Origin: a virus
Taxonomy: Duplodnaviria > Caudoviricetes
DNA: 63,207 nucleotides
Reading direction: 5' to 3' (one strand)
IMG/VR virus record: IMGVR_UViG_3300019458_000036
Span: 1 to 63,207 of that record
The position numbers were made by a program, and so were the translations under genes. The notes beneath the pieces are model-generated. The model was not told the origin of the DNA. It made no database searches and was given only the letters and a program-made list of their open reading frames with translations. Position 1 is the stretch's first letter. Each line of letters starts with the position of its first letter. Of the stretch, positions 62,968 to 63,207 are shown one piece after another.

Positions 62968-63207
62968 TTAAGGCCAGCGGGACTTAGTTTTACTTTGACT
63001 GATCCTGCTTCTCTGTCTTGACCTACCAGATCTCACAGCGGCGGATGGCGGCAGTAAGTTGGTCAACACTATTATAGCGGAACCCTGAGAAACAACTTGA
63101 CCCGCACCAGATAGGGATAAATCAACAAGCGTACTGTGTAGGTCGCCCGTGGATGGTGGAACACCTCCACCTCCGGTTACTGAGCCGTCTCCCACGAGGG
63201 TCAGTGC
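62968..63207 (-). CDS. C-terminal part of a virion protein (5' end beyond the right edge)
   Basis: Frame open to the window edge, Gly/Ser/Val-rich. Confidence 0.55.
   Translation of the reverse strand, partial: ALTLVGDGSVTGGGGVPPSTGDLHSTLVDLSLSGAGQVVSQGSAIIVLTNLLPPSAAVRSGRSRQRSRISQSKTKSRWP

Noticed and set aside
1-63207. Window closes as a complete circle
   Set aside because: The ORF leaving position 1 does not plausibly continue into the sequence at 63207 and no terminal overlap is visible, so some virion-module sequence is missing.
1-63207. Integrase, tRNA genes or alternative genetic code
   Set aside because: No recombinase motifs or tRNA cloverleafs were recognised by eye, and core genes are intact under the standard code using all three stops. 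A tRNA scan was not run.

Overview
The window is most of a GC-rich tailed dsDNA phage genome of siphovirus type. Essentially all credible genes are on the minus strand, and both edges cut through genes of the virion module. In transcription order (right to left) it carries: BppU-like protein, an apparently split MuF with a trypsin-like protease in the middle, scaffold, P22-type capsid, tail tube, connectors, frameshifting tail chaperones, tape measure, GIY-YIG endonuclease, distal tail and a large tail protein, lysis-type genes, an early region of small ORFs with near-consensus sigma70 promoters, nucleotide-metabolism and replication genes (family A polymerase, ligase, DnaQ, SNF2, SSB, primase-VirE helicase), a repeat-rich putative origin, terminase, portal and three tandem paralogous virion genes. 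Three things stand out. (1) The large tail protein ends in a 166-aa domain with 39 cysteines in a C-Q-x-x repeat resembling SCIFF/ranthipeptide cores, and it is translationally coupled to a radical SAM/SPASM enzyme, suggesting RiPP-like crosslinking of a virion protein. (2) A promoter-driven array of alternating 16-nt hairpin repeats with 5-nt variable spacers lies directly upstream of a broken RuvC-like gene, a TIGR-like candidate guide array. (3) A probable DNA base-hypermodification pathway is built around a ThyX homolog with an altered active-site motif. All protein calls come from motif recognition by eye; no database searches were run.
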